A DNA stretch of 64,000 nt from Bacteroidota bacterium (GTDB lineage: Bacteria > Bacteroidota > Ignavibacteria > UBA10030 > UBA8401): assembly GCA_035506275.1 (NCBI GenBank), contig DATJPT010000006.1, positions 284,635 to 348,634 on the forward strand. Direction: 5' to 3'. Positions 1-9,622 of the stretch are shown here, piece by piece (the first letter of the stretch is position 1; every line of letters starts with the position of its first letter). Under the pieces are notes generated by a model that was not told where the DNA came from, ran no database searches, and saw only the letters and a list, made by a program, of their open reading frames with translations. The position numbers and the translations under genes were made by a program.

Positions 1-434
1 ATTGTGATCTCTCGCTTCAAGTCGGGCTCCCGCTGAGCGATGTTCGCGAGAACGGTCATCGCGAACACTTTGACGGCGATCGGCTCCTTCGCCGATCCCA
101 GCAGGTCAAAACAGATCGTCGCAATTTTTCCCGCCAGCCGCGTCGGGATCTCGACATCCTGAAGGATCCTAAGAACGTTCCTTTTGACGGCATCGTGAAC
201 CCCCGGCTGAAGCATGCGGTCGATCATCCGGTTGAAGTAAGGGGGAGCAAGTTCTTTGTCACTATCGGCACAGTGCATCACGATCCACGCGGCGCGTTGC
301 GTCGTCCGATATTCTCCCCTCAAAAATAGCTCCATCAATTCTTTGAACCGTTTTTTGTCGCTGCCAACCCACCGCGCAATTCTGCGGCATTGATATTTTG
401 AATGCTCTCGCCGTATCTCGGTTTCAAGGTCCAT
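1..434 (-). CDS. DNA alkylation repair enzyme (AlkD/AlkC-like HEAT-repeat glycosylase), 3' end truncated by the window edge
   Basis: Reverse-strand translation from the ATG at 432-434 is open to position 1 (MDLETEIRREHSKYQCRRIARWVGSDKKRFKELMELFLRGEYRTTQRAAWIVMHCADSDKELAPPYFNRMIDRMLQPGVHDAVKRNVLRILQDVEIP...). The helical repeat pattern matches the DNA_alkylation family. The ORF is absent from the track because it runs off the window. Confidence 0.5.
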   Translation of the reverse strand, partial: MDLETEIRREHSKYQCRRIARWVGSDKKRFKELMELFLRGEYRTTQRAAWIVMHCADSDKELAPPYFNRMIDRMLQPGVHDAVKRNVLRILQDVEIPTRLAGKIATICFDLLGSAKEPIAVKVFAMTVLANIAQREPDLKREIT

Positions 435-591
435 TGTATTCACCCGGTCATCGAATAGGAATCCGTGTCAACTTTACTTAAAGAGAATTCGAAAAGCAAA
501 TGGGTAAAAAAGCAGCACTCCTGTTGGAACTAAGGACTTTCGTCCGTACATTACGAAAAGGAGATTCCATCAACATTGCTTCCCGTCCCCT

Positions 592-1680
592 ATGAAACTC
601 ACCAAAAATGTTCTCCGCTCAGTCCCTAAGGTCCTTCTCCATGATCATCTTGACGGCGGCATCCGTCCCCAGACCGTCATCGAATTAGCGCGCGATCAAC
701 GCTATACGAAACTTCCGACAATGGACGCCGGCGAACTCGCGCAATGGTTTCAGCGCGGAGCCCAGCGCGGGAGCCTTCCCCTCTTCCTCGAAGGGTTCGA
801 ACATACCTGCGGCGTCATGCAAACCGAAGAAGGGCTCGAGCGTGTTGCGTACGAGACTCTTGAGGATATGAAACGCGACGGCATCGTCTATCTGGAGACC
901 CGCTTCGCTCCGGTCTTTCACCGCCAGAAGGGGCTGCACAACGAGACGATCGTCAAAGCCGTTCTTCGCGGACTGGAACGAGGCAAGAAAGATTTCGGGG
1001 TGGAGTACGGGCTCATCATCTGCGCGATGAGAAACATGGACCCGAAAATTTCTCAGGAAATTGCCGAGCTCGCGGTCGATTTTCGGAGCCAGGGAGTCGT
1101 CGGGTTCGACCTTGCCGGAGAAGAAGGGGGCTATCCGCCGAAGAAACATATCGACGCCTTCCATTACATCCAGCGCGAAAATTTCAACATCACGGTTCAC
1201 GCGGGGGAAGCCTTCGGCAAGGAATCGATCTGGCAGGCGATCCAATGGTGCGGCGCGCACCGCATCGGCCATGCGACCCGCCTGATCGAAGACATGAGGG
1301 TGAAGGACGGGCAAGTTCTGAGCATGGGGACGCTGGCGCAGTATGTGCTCGATAAGCGCATCCCCCTCGAGATCTGCTTGACGAGCAACGTCCACACGGG
1401 CGCAGTCGCGAATATTGACGAGCATCCGTTCGGCATTTTCTACCGCTACAAGTTCCGGGTCACGCTGAATACGGACGACCGCTTGATGAGCGGAATAACG
1501 TTGACCGACGAGTATCATACCGCCGCCGAACACTTCGGATTGACGCTCGACGAACTTGAGAAGATCACCATCAACGCCATGAAGAGCGCGTTCATCCCGT
1601 ACAAACAGCGGATCGCGATCATTTATGACGTGTTGAAACCGGGGTTTGCAAAGGTGAGAGGAGTGCGAAAGAAGAAATAG
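592..1680 (+). CDS. add: adenosine deaminase
   Basis: 362 aa with the HDHLDGG metal-binding start, TVHAGE, ICLTSN and LNTDD motifs of the adenosine/AMP deaminase fold. Confidence 0.9.
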   Translation: MKLTKNVLRSVPKVLLHDHLDGGIRPQTVIELARDQRYTKLPTMDAGELAQWFQRGAQRGSLPLFLEGFEHTCGVMQTEEGLERVAYETLEDMKRDGIVYLETRFAPVFHRQKGLHNETIVKAVLRGLERGKKDFGVEYGLIICAMRNMDPKISQEIAELAVDFRSQGVVGFDLAGEEGGYPPKKHIDAFHYIQRENFNITVHAGEAFGKESIWQAIQWCGAHRIGHATRLIEDMRVKDGQVLSMGTLAQYVLDKRIPLEICLTSNVHTGAVANIDEHPFGIFYRYKFRVTLNTDDRLMSGITLTDEYHTAAEHFGLTLDELEKITINAMKSAFIPYKQRIAIIYDVLKPGFAKVRGVRKKK

Positions 1681-1711
1681 TCTTTGATTTTACAGATGAC
1701 GCTGATGCAGC

Positions 1712-1734
1712 GCAGATTGCAGATTGCGCAGATT
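1712..1734. repeat. (GCAGATT)x3 heptamer tandem repeat, left flank of the GxxExxY gene
   Basis: gcagattgcagattgcgcagattt read directly from the sequence. Its inverted counterpart lies at 2163-2213. Confidence 0.6.
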
Positions 1735-1766
1735 TAAGCACACAAAAATTATCAACGGGGGGAGCT

Positions 1767-2213
1767 ATGAAAGAATATTCGGAAGAGAACTATCCAAAAA
1801 AGGAAATAACCGAAAAGATCATAAAGGCTGCGTTCACCGTACATAATAAATTAGGCTTCGGGTTTGTAGAAAAAGTTTATGAAAATGCGTTGGCAAAGGA
1901 ATTGCGGAACGCGGGGCTTATGGCAGAACAGCAGAAGAAGATGAAAGTTGTCTATGGGGGTGAGCCTGTCGGAGATTTCATCGTCGATATTTTAGTAAGC
2001 AACAGCGTTATCGTTGAGTTGAAAGCGGTCCACATGCTGGAGAGTACATTCGAAGACAAGCTGCTTCACTATTTAAAAGTCTCAAACCTTCCGGCCGGAT
2101 TGCTTCTCAATTTCGGAACCCCCAGCGTTCAAATCAGACGAAAAGTATATTCTGTCCGCAGAGACCAATCTGCGAAATCTGGAATCAGCGTAAAATCTGA
2201 GGAATCTGAGTAA
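1767..2213 (+). CDS. GxxExxY family protein (PD-(D/E)XK nuclease superfamily)
   Basis: 148 aa; VEKVYENALAKELRNAGL ... VDILVSNSVIVELKA matches the GxxExxY family (pfam13366). The gene is a low-GC island flanked by inverted short repeats. Confidence 0.7.
   Translation: MKEYSEENYPKKEITEKIIKAAFTVHNKLGFGFVEKVYENALAKELRNAGLMAEQQKKMKVVYGGEPVGDFIVDILVSNSVIVELKAVHMLESTFEDKLLHYLKVSNLPAGLLLNFGTPSVQIRRKVYSVRRDQSAKSGISVKSEESE
2163..2213. repeat. AATCTGN octamer tandem repeats, reverse complement of GCAGATT, ending in the CTGAGTAATCAC motif
   Basis: caatctgcgaaatctggaatcagcgtaaaatctgaggaatctgagtaatcac. It overlaps the 3' end of the GxxExxY CDS and abuts the sixA ATG. Related AATCTGCG..CATCTGCGTAATCACTT elements occur at 18262-18320, 23195-23262 and 27940-28005. 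Confidence 0.6.
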
Positions 2214-2217
2214 TCAC

Positions 2218-2715
2218 ATGAGATTATTTATTCTCCGCCACGCGGACGCGGAAGCCCAAGGGACCTCGCACGACGCAGACCGAGCGCTGACGCCAGAAGG
2301 AATTGAAGAAGCCAAATGTGTCGCTGGCGCCGTCCATGCCATGAAGTTGGGTCTCACTGCCATCCTCACAAGCCCGACGGCTCGCGCAAAAGCAACGGCA
2401 GAATTAGTCGCTGCACAATTCCCTCCCCTTGAGGTCCGTCCCGTTGAGCAGCTGGGGCCGGCGTCGAGACCCGAGGGGCTGTTTCAAGAACTCCGGTCGT
2501 ATCCGCGCGACAGCCGCATCCTCCTCGTCACGCATAAGCCGCTCATCGTGAGTCTCATCGCAAGTCTCATCGGCATGGCCACCGAATCGAAGGTCGGCGT
2601 CAAGAAGGCGTCGCTCGCCTGCATCGATGTCGGGTCGACCGTTCAGCGGGGCTCCGGCGTTCTCCTGTGGCTCCTGACCAACGAACAAATGCAGTTGATG
2701 AGAAAGAAAGACTGA
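2218..2715 (+). CDS. sixA: phosphohistidine phosphatase SixA (histidine phosphatase superfamily, branch 1)
   Basis: 165 aa; an N-terminal RHADA-like motif (LRHADAE) and the size are typical of SixA. Confidence 0.65.
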   Translation: MRLFILRHADAEAQGTSHDADRALTPEGIEEAKCVAGAVHAMKLGLTAILTSPTARAKATAELVAAQFPPLEVRPVEQLGPASRPEGLFQELRSYPRDSRILLVTHKPLIVSLIASLIGMATESKVGVKKASLACIDVGSTVQRGSGVLLWLLTNEQMQLMRKKD

Positions 2716-2769
2716 CTGTTTTTTCCCTCCCAAAATTTCCCCCCGCTTTGGTATTGTCCTAATTTCACA

Positions 2770-3095
2770 ATGTTCCTTTCTTTCCGAGAAAGAAAGGAAC
2801 CAAAGAAATCCTTCGAAATCGTAACGCGCGCACCCGACGATTTCGATAGATGACCCAAAAGCTGCCGGGTTTTCAAAACGCGGAATCGGCGGACGTGTGT
2901 GTGTGTTGAGGGCGATGCGTGCGTTTAGAAAACGGCAGGCAAGCGGGATGGCATGCGGGGCCGTTTTCTTCGGCTTGTGTGAAGGATAGCATCGCCAGGG
3001 TTCCGATTCCGCGAAGCTCTCTTTGCTTCTTTCTCTGGCTACAGAGAAAGAAGAAAGGGATATGAGAATTCAAATTAGGACACTACCCCCGCTTT
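2770..3095 (+). promoter_or_regulatory. copy 1 of a conserved palindrome-bounded 5' cis-element, upstream of glgP
   Basis: It contains the perfect palindromes CCTTTCTTTC-cgag-AAAGAAAGG (2775-2797) and CTTCTTTCTCTG-gcta-CAGAGAAAGAAG (3026-3053). Conserved blocks (acccgacgatttcga, ggaatcggcgg, ggttccgattccg) are shared with the copies at 46742-47200, 53372-53507 and 11230-11420 (reversed). Confidence 0.5.
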
Positions 3096-3133
3096 CTCTG
3101 GATTCTAACGCTTTTTTTGAGTAGATTAAGTTT

Positions 3134-5287
3134 TTGACTTTTTCCCCGTCCACAATTGTGCAGGCTGAAATGAGCGAACGAACATCCGCACCTGATTCAT
3201 CCCTCTTGTTGACAAAACTTCAATCGCTTTCCGAAAATTTATGGTGGTCCTGGAATTTTGACGCGCAGGCGATCTTCCGCGACCTCTCTCCACAGGTGTG
3301 GGAGAGAACGCATCACAATCCCGTCGCCCTTCTCGCGGAGATGTCGAATGCCGAAGTTCGCGCGCGCCTAGGGGACAGCGAAATGGCGGCGCGCATAGAG
3401 TCCGCGTGGGAGAAATTCGACGCGTACATGAACAGCAAAAAGAAATGGGCGGTATCCGAAGCCAAGACATTGAAGGGGCCCGTCGCATACTTCAGCGCGG
3501 AGTTCGGCTTCCACGAAAGCTTGAGAACCTATTCCGGCGGCCTCGGCATCCTCGCCGGCGACCATACAAAGTCGGCAAGCGACCTCGGAGTGCCGTTCAT
3601 CGGCATTTCGCTCTTTTACCGCCAGGGATATTTCGAGCAGCGCATCGGGGCCGACGGATGGCAAAATGAGATGTACGTTTCCGCGGACCCGTCAAAGCTT
3701 CCGCTGAACATCGTCACGGACAAGAAGGGGGAGCCGATACGCTGCTCGGTCGAGATCGGGTTCAGCACGGTCCGCTTCCTCGCGTGGCAATTGAACGTCG
3801 GCAGGAGCGTCGTCTACCTGCTCGATACGAACGTCCGCGAGAACGAAGAACGCTTCCGCGACCTCACGGCACACGTCTACGGCGGCGACAGCACGACCCG
3901 CATCTCGCAGGAGATCATCCTGGGCGTCGGCGGGGTCCGGCTGCTCCGCGCCCTCAACATCCATCCGTCGACCTTCCACATGAACGAAGGGCATTCGGCG
4001 TTCCTCACGCTTGAGCTTCTGCGGGAGGCTCTCGAGAAGAACGGCTCCGCAAGCGCCGCGGCGGAGAGCGTGAAACGGCAGTGCGTGTTCACAACGCACA
4101 CGCCGGTTCCCGCCGGACACGACCGGTTCTCCATAGATCTGATGGAGCATTCTTTTTCATCGATGAGCAAGGCGATGAAGATCTCGACCGAAGAGCTGAT
4201 GGGATACGGACGGATCGACCCGGCCGACGCGAACGAGACGTTCTGCATGACGGTCCTCGCGCTGAAGATGTCGCGCGCAGCGAACGGCGTGAGCCAGCTG
4301 CACGGCCAGGTGAGCCGCGAAATGTGGAAGACGCTGTACAAGGAGACGCCCGCCGAGAACGTTCCGATCGGTTCGATCACGAACGGCGTCCACATCGGCG
4401 GGTGGCTCAACGAAACGTCCGAGCGGTTCTGGAACAAACATCTTGGCGGCGATTGGCAGGAACATTTTCTCGACCCCGCGTTCTGGACGAAGGCCGCTCA
4501 GGATCCGGCGATCTCGGACGAAGCGCTCTGGTCAATGCGTTATCAGCTGCGGCGGGAGCTTGTCGAATTTGCGCGGCACACGCTCCGCGTGCAGCATTCG
4601 CGCTTCGGCAACGGCACCGCCGTCTACGAGAAGGTCCTCAACCCGGACGTCCTCACGATCGGATTCTCGCGGCGGTTTGCGACCTATAAACGCGCGCCGC
4701 TTCTCTTCACTGACCTCGAGCGGGCGATCCAGCTGTTCGGCGACGAAGCCCGGCCGGTGCAACTGATCTTTGCGGGCAAAGCGCATCCCCGCGACGATGA
4801 GGGAAAAAAATTCATCAAACAGGTCATCGACCTGACGAATAATCCCCGCCTCTTCGGAAAAGTCGTCTTCCTTGAAAACTACGACATCAACGTCGCGCGG
4901 CATCTCGTGGCGGGAGCCGACGTCTGGCTCAACAACCCGCGCCGTCCCCTCGAGGCAAGCGGAACCAGCGGACAGAAGGTCGCGATCCACGGAGGATTGA
5001 ACTGCAGCATCATGGACGGGTGGTGGCGCGAAGCGTGCGACAACACGAACGGCTGGGCGATCGGAAAGGACGAACCGCCGGCTCACGCAGAACAGCAGGA
5101 CATCGTCGATGCGGAGAATCTTTTTACGGTGATGAAGGAAAGCATCATCCCGGAATTTTATCACCGCGACGAACGGAATATCCCCCGCCGCTGGCTGCAG
5201 CGCGTGCGCCGGTCGATCGCAACGCTGGTGCCGCGCTACAACACGCACCGCATGGTCGCGGAGTACGTCAAGAAATACTACGTGTGA
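3134..5287 (+). CDS. glgP: alpha-glucan (glycogen/maltodextrin) phosphorylase, GT35 'alpha-glucan phosphorylase' subfamily
   Basis: 717 aa with the NLWWSWN N-terminal signature of the alpha-glucan phosphorylase subfamily and the pyridoxal-phosphate-region motifs. Position 3134 is a TTG; the ATG at 3170 is an alternative start. Confidence 0.9.
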   Translation: MTFSPSTIVQAEMSERTSAPDSSLLLTKLQSLSENLWWSWNFDAQAIFRDLSPQVWERTHHNPVALLAEMSNAEVRARLGDSEMAARIESAWEKFDAYMNSKKKWAVSEAKTLKGPVAYFSAEFGFHESLRTYSGGLGILAGDHTKSASDLGVPFIGISLFYRQGYFEQRIGADGWQNEMYVSADPSKLPLNIVTDKKGEPIRCSVEIGFSTVRFLAWQLNVGRSVVYLLDTNVRENEERFRDLTAHVYGGDSTTRISQEIILGVGGVRLLRALNIHPSTFHMNEGHSAFLTLELLREALEKNGSASAAAESVKRQCVFTTHTPVPAGHDRFSIDLMEHSFSSMSKAMKISTEELMGYGRIDPADANETFCMTVLALKMSRAANGVSQLHGQVSREMWKTLYKETPAENVPIGSITNGVHIGGWLNETSERFWNKHLGGDWQEHFLDPAFWTKAAQDPAISDEALWSMRYQLRRELVEFARHTLRVQHSRFGNGTAVYEKVLNPDVLTIGFSRRFATYKRAPLLFTDLERAIQLFGDEARPVQLIFAGKAHPRDDEGKKFIKQVIDLTNNPRLFGKVVFLENYDINVARHLVAGADVWLNNPRRPLEASGTSGQKVAIHGGLNCSIMDGWWREACDNTNGWAIGKDEPPAHAEQQDIVDAENLFTVMKESIIPEFYHRDERNIPRRWLQRVRRSIATLVPRYNTHRMVAEYVKKYYV

Positions 5288-5384
5288 GACCTTACCGTGC
5301 CGCACGGATGAAAATATTTGACAAGGGGCACAACTTTTTCTCCGGTTCTTCGTTATCTAAGAGAGAAGAAAGGAGGAAAAGAGT

Positions 5385-5534
5385 ATGGAAACGTCATTCG
5401 GTTTTGAGAACCTTTCGCAGGAAGAACGCCGGGCTATTGAAGAACTTCTGCTCGACGAGATGGAAAAACAACAGTGGGATGCGATCACATACTCTGTCAT
5501 CTTGGGCGAAGAGGTGGTCCTCCCCATTCAATAA
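5385..5534 (+). CDS. small hypothetical protein (49 aa), possibly co-transcribed with glgP
   Basis: ATG preceded by AGGAGG 8 nt upstream; METSFGFENLSQEERRAIEELLLDEMEKQQWDAITYSVILGEEVVLPIQ. Below the ORF-track size cutoff. Confidence 0.25.
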   Translation: METSFGFENLSQEERRAIEELLLDEMEKQQWDAITYSVILGEEVVLPIQ

Positions 5535-5546
5535 CAGATGAGAACC

Positions 5547-5693
5547 ATGCTTAAAGTCATTACGTGGACGGCGGTGATCGCGGGAATCGTGGCGCTCCCC
5601 TTCTTGATCAGGCGGCGCTATGAGAACACGCATTACCGTTCGCTCAATGTCCGATACGACATTGACGATTACATTTCGGAGAGCAGCCTGTAA
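5547..5693 (+). CDS. small hypothetical membrane peptide (48 aa)
   Basis: MLKVITWTAVIAGIVALPFLIRRRYENTHYRSLNVRYDIDDYISESSL has one predicted TM helix and fills the gap before pyk. Confidence 0.25.
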   Translation: MLKVITWTAVIAGIVALPFLIRRRYENTHYRSLNVRYDIDDYISESSL

Positions 5694-5719
5694 GCGCACC
5701 CGAACGGGGGACGTTTCAG

Positions 5720-7162
5720 CTACGAAATTTTTTCGACCTTCACCATATTCGTCGTGCCGCGCGCCAGGAGAGGAATACCTGCGGTCGTCACGATGAAATC
5801 CCCTTTCTTGACGTACCCCGATCTCAGAAGCTCCTGCTGAATGGCGGCGAGCGTGGAATCGGTGTCCCCGATGCTCGGCACGAGAACCGACCGGACCCCC
5901 CAGACCAAATTCAGCCTCCGCCTGATGCGCTCGCGGTCCGTTGCGGCGATGATCTTGCCGTACGGCCGGTACTTTGCGATCGTCTTTGCCGTCTCCCCCG
6001 AATGCGTGATCGGCACGATGGCTGCGGCGCCGATGCGCTTCGCCAGCACACACGCCGCGCGCCCGAGCGCCTTGAAGATCTCCGCCTGCTGCTCCCCCGT
6101 TTCGTCCGGAAGGTCGAGCTGGTCCCGGTATTCTTCTTCCGCCCGGCGGATGATCGAATCCATGGTCTGCACCACTTCGACGACGTATTTTCCGACCGAG
6201 GTCTCTCCGCTCAGCATCACCGCATCGGCGCCGTCGAGGACGGCGTTCGCGACGTCGTTCGCCTCCGCACGGGTCGGACGCGGGTTCTCGATCATCGACT
6301 CGAGCATCTGGGTCGCGATGATCACCGGTTTGCCGGCGGCGTTGGCCTTCTTGCAGATCATCTTCTGCGCGATCGGCACGTCCTCGGTCGCGCATTCCAC
6401 GCCGAGGTCGCCGCGCGCCACCATCACCGCATCGGCCTCGCGAATGATGTCGTCGATGTTCTCCAGCGCTTCCCTTTTTTCGATCTTGGCGATGATGGGA
6501 AGCTTCTTCCTCTTGTCGATCTTCGCGATGATGAACTCCCTCAGCCTGCGGATGTCGTCGCCGGTGCGGACGAACGAAAGCGCGACATAGTCGATGTCGT
6601 TCGCGATGCCGAAGTCAAGGTCTTCCATGTCCTTCGCCGTCATCGACGGCTCGCTGACCGTCACCCCCGGAAGGTTGATCCCTTTGTGCTCCTTGAGAAT
6701 GCCGCCGTGCACCACCTCGGTCACAACATCGGTCGCCGTCGAACTCAGTACTGTGAGCTGCAGCAGACCGTCGTCCATCAGGATCGTGTCGCCGGGCTTC
6801 ACATCCTTCGGCAGGTTTTGATAGGTGGTCGATACCCGCGTTTCATCGCCGGCAACCTCGTTGATCGTGATCGTGAACTTCTGCCCGTCGGCGAGATGCA
6901 CTTGCGGTGACGCCAATTTCCCCGTCCGAATTTTCGGCCCCTGCAGGTCCTGCAGGATCGTGATCGGCTCGCCGACCCGTCCGGCCGCCTCTCGAACGGC
7001 CTTCATGGCAGCGAGATGCTCCTCGTGCGTGCCGTGAGAAAAATTGAGGCGCACGACATCCATCCCCGCGCGCATCATTTTTTCCAGGACGTCTGCGGAC
7101 GACGAAGCCGGTCCGAGCGTGCAGACGATCTTTGTTTTTCCGTAGAGTTCATGTGCTTCCAT
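5720..7162 (-). CDS. pyk: pyruvate kinase
   Basis: 480 aa; N-terminal KIVCTLGPAS and the MVARGDLG motif, with full length matching pyruvate kinases. Confidence 0.95.
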   Translation of the reverse strand: MEAHELYGKTKIVCTLGPASSSADVLEKMMRAGMDVVRLNFSHGTHEEHLAAMKAVREAAGRVGEPITILQDLQGPKIRTGKLASPQVHLADGQKFTITINEVAGDETRVSTTYQNLPKDVKPGDTILMDDGLLQLTVLSSTATDVVTEVVHGGILKEHKGINLPGVTVSEPSMTAKDMEDLDFGIANDIDYVALSFVRTGDDIRRLREFIIAKIDKRKKLPIIAKIEKREALENIDDIIREADAVMVARGDLGVECATEDVPIAQKMICKKANAAGKPVIIATQMLESMIENPRPTRAEANDVANAVLDGADAVMLSGETSVGKYVVEVVQTMDSIIRRAEEEYRDQLDLPDETGEQQAEIFKALGRAACVLAKRIGAAAIVPITHSGETAKTIAKYRPYGKIIAATDRERIRRRLNLVWGVRSVLVPSIGDTDSTLAAIQQELLRSGYVKKGDFIVTTAGIPLLARGTTNMVKVEKIS

Positions 7163-7180
7163 TGCTACGGTGTCCTCTCG

Positions 7181-9592
7181 TTAGTGTGCAGGAAGAAGAG
7201 TGAGGGTATGCTTCGCCGCCTCCGCCACGCGGGCGCTGTCGAGCGGCATCGGATGGTATTCCCCGCTCAGCCACAACGGCGTCTGGTCGGAGTAATGCTC
7301 GTGCATCGGCTGCCCCGATTCGCCCGTCGGGATGATCGAAAGCGCCCCGTTGATATCCGCAAAATCGACGATCTGCCGCATGGACGGACCGAGCGTGACC
7401 TGGTACGGCGCGGCCAGATAATATTCCCCGTTGTTGAGCGTCGTCCCCGATCCTCCGATCGGAAACGGGCCGATGTTGAAAACGGAGCCGAGCGGCGGCT
7501 GCGACCCGAACGGGTGGCGCAGCGTAATGGTGTGGATCATCCCCCACTGCCATGTCTTCATCTCCCCCCCGAGCGTGGCCTTCAATTCCCGGATCGCATC
7601 CGCCAGACTTTTCCTGATGACGTCGTCGCGCGTTTCGACCCGGGGGGTGGAAGGATCGTCGAACCACCATGACGTCGGATTTTTCAGCAGTGCGGGGACT
7701 GTGCGGTACGGAATGTTCGCGATAAAAATATATTTTTGGAAAAGCTCATCCCCCATTTTATTCTGGAAGATATTCTTCATGAGATGGGTGAAGAAGACGT
7801 GGAACAGCGTCGTGGGCACGTCGTCCTTCGTGAGCTGAAAATGCCAGTTCCTGAAATAGCTCAGCGCCGTCTGAACATCCGGGTCGGCGACGGACGCCGA
7901 ATCGAACGCGTGGAGAATATACGGCGTCGTCTCCTTCGCAAAAAACGAATAATAATCCCCCTGGATCCTCTGAAAATCTTCCACCGAAAATTTCTCCTGC
8001 TTGCGCAGAAGCTCGTCCAGCCGCTGGATCCGCGACGGCGGCTCCCACAGGTTCGAAATGTGATACGGAAACGAGCTGTTCGTCGTCTTGTTGTTGGCGG
8101 TGGCGATAAAATGCTGCGGCGGGTTGAACAGCGACGGAAGGCGCTCGAACGGAACGAACCCGTTCCAATCGTATTCCCCCGTCCATCCCGGCATCGGCAG
8201 CGTCGGATTCTGCGCCGACCGGATCGGCAGACGGACGCCGGCAAGGTACCCGATGTTCCCGTCCGCATCGGCATACACGAAATTCTGCCCCGGAACCGTA
8301 AATTCCTTCACCCCGCTTTTGAATTCGCTCCAATTTTTGGCCTTGTTGATGAGCAGCAGCGAATACAACTCGTCGCTCACGTCCTGCCCGGTCCACCTCA
8401 TCGCGACCAGAACATCCTTCGTGATCGAGCCGACGCCGTTCACATCGTTGATGACCGGTCCGTGGTTCGTCGATTTCACCGTGAGCGCGACCATCGAGGA
8501 GTCTTTCACGAGAATGGTATCCAGCGTCACCGGCATCGGACTCCAGACGCCGCGGTAGAGATACTCGCCGCCGGCGTTCGTCATTTCAAGATAGAAATCG
8601 GCGTCGTCCGCCATCACGTTCGTCATTCCCCATGCGACGTGCTGATTGTGACCGATGACGACGGTCGGTGCCCCCGGCAGCGAAACGCCGGCGACGTCGT
8701 AATCGCCGCCGTGGAGATGGAGTTCGTACCATTTCGACGGCGCGGAAAAACCGAGATGCGGGTCGTTGGCGATCATCGCCCTGCCGGACAGAGACTTCTG
8801 AGGCCCGACCGCCCAGGCGTTGCTCCCGATGTGAATGCCGGTGGTGCCGTAGAATTTTCTGAAATCCTGGTCGATGTCGATCAGCTTAAGGAGCCCGTCG
8901 GGCATTGCATCGGCGCGAAGCTCTTTGGGGACGATGACCGGCATGTTCTCGGGATAGGTCGGAAAGATCTCGTTCGCCTTTTCTTCGCCGAACGTCTTGA
9001 ACAGGTCTCCGAGGACGAGGTCGACGTACCAGGAAATGTTCAGCTCCCATGCCATCATCCGCGCGACGATGAGGGAATGAAGGGGCTTCCACTCTTCCGG
9101 GGTGTAGTTCAGCATGTCGAATTCGATGGGATATTTCCCCCGGTGCGAGGCAATGAAGGCGTTCACCCCGTCGCTGTATTCCTGGAGAACGCGGCGGGAT
9201 TCGGGATGCAGGTTCTGTTCGATCTTTTCGGCGATCCGTTTGATGCCGACCGTTCTGAACATCTTGTCGAACCTGAGCGTCGAAGCCCCGAAGACCTCCG
9301 ATAACCGTCCTTCGCCGGCTCTCCGCGAGACGTCCATCTGCCAGAGCCGGTCCTGCGCATGGACGTAGCCTTCGGCGAAGAAGAGGTCGTGTTCGTTGCC
9401 CGCAAAAATATGGGGGATGCCGAACTCGTCGCGCTGGACCGTCACCGGCTGCTGCAGCCCTGCGACGGTGATCGTTCCGTCCACCACCGGAAACGATTTC
9501 GTGACAAGATAGCGGAGGATGAGAAGCGTGACGAGCGTAATGACAAGGAGAGAACCGACGATGCCGATGAAGATTTTAAGTTTTGACTTCAT
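7181..9592 (-). CDS. penicillin acylase family protein (Ntn-hydrolase, penicillin amidase / acyl-homoserine-lactone acylase type)
   Basis: 803 aa with a signal/TM N-terminus. GSNAWAV marks the autoproteolytic N-terminal Ser of the beta subunit. Confidence 0.85.
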   Translation of the reverse strand: MKSKLKIFIGIVGSLLVITLVTLLILRYLVTKSFPVVDGTITVAGLQQPVTVQRDEFGIPHIFAGNEHDLFFAEGYVHAQDRLWQMDVSRRAGEGRLSEVFGASTLRFDKMFRTVGIKRIAEKIEQNLHPESRRVLQEYSDGVNAFIASHRGKYPIEFDMLNYTPEEWKPLHSLIVARMMAWELNISWYVDLVLGDLFKTFGEEKANEIFPTYPENMPVIVPKELRADAMPDGLLKLIDIDQDFRKFYGTTGIHIGSNAWAVGPQKSLSGRAMIANDPHLGFSAPSKWYELHLHGGDYDVAGVSLPGAPTVVIGHNQHVAWGMTNVMADDADFYLEMTNAGGEYLYRGVWSPMPVTLDTILVKDSSMVALTVKSTNHGPVINDVNGVGSITKDVLVAMRWTGQDVSDELYSLLLINKAKNWSEFKSGVKEFTVPGQNFVYADADGNIGYLAGVRLPIRSAQNPTLPMPGWTGEYDWNGFVPFERLPSLFNPPQHFIATANNKTTNSSFPYHISNLWEPPSRIQRLDELLRKQEKFSVEDFQRIQGDYYSFFAKETTPYILHAFDSASVADPDVQTALSYFRNWHFQLTKDDVPTTLFHVFFTHLMKNIFQNKMGDELFQKYIFIANIPYRTVPALLKNPTSWWFDDPSTPRVETRDDVIRKSLADAIRELKATLGGEMKTWQWGMIHTITLRHPFGSQPPLGSVFNIGPFPIGGSGTTLNNGEYYLAAPYQVTLGPSMRQIVDFADINGALSIIPTGESGQPMHEHYSDQTPLWLSGEYHPMPLDSARVAEAAKHTLTLLPAH

Positions 9593-9622
9593 AGATTTTT
9601 GAGGAGGGAATTTCGTCCGCCG

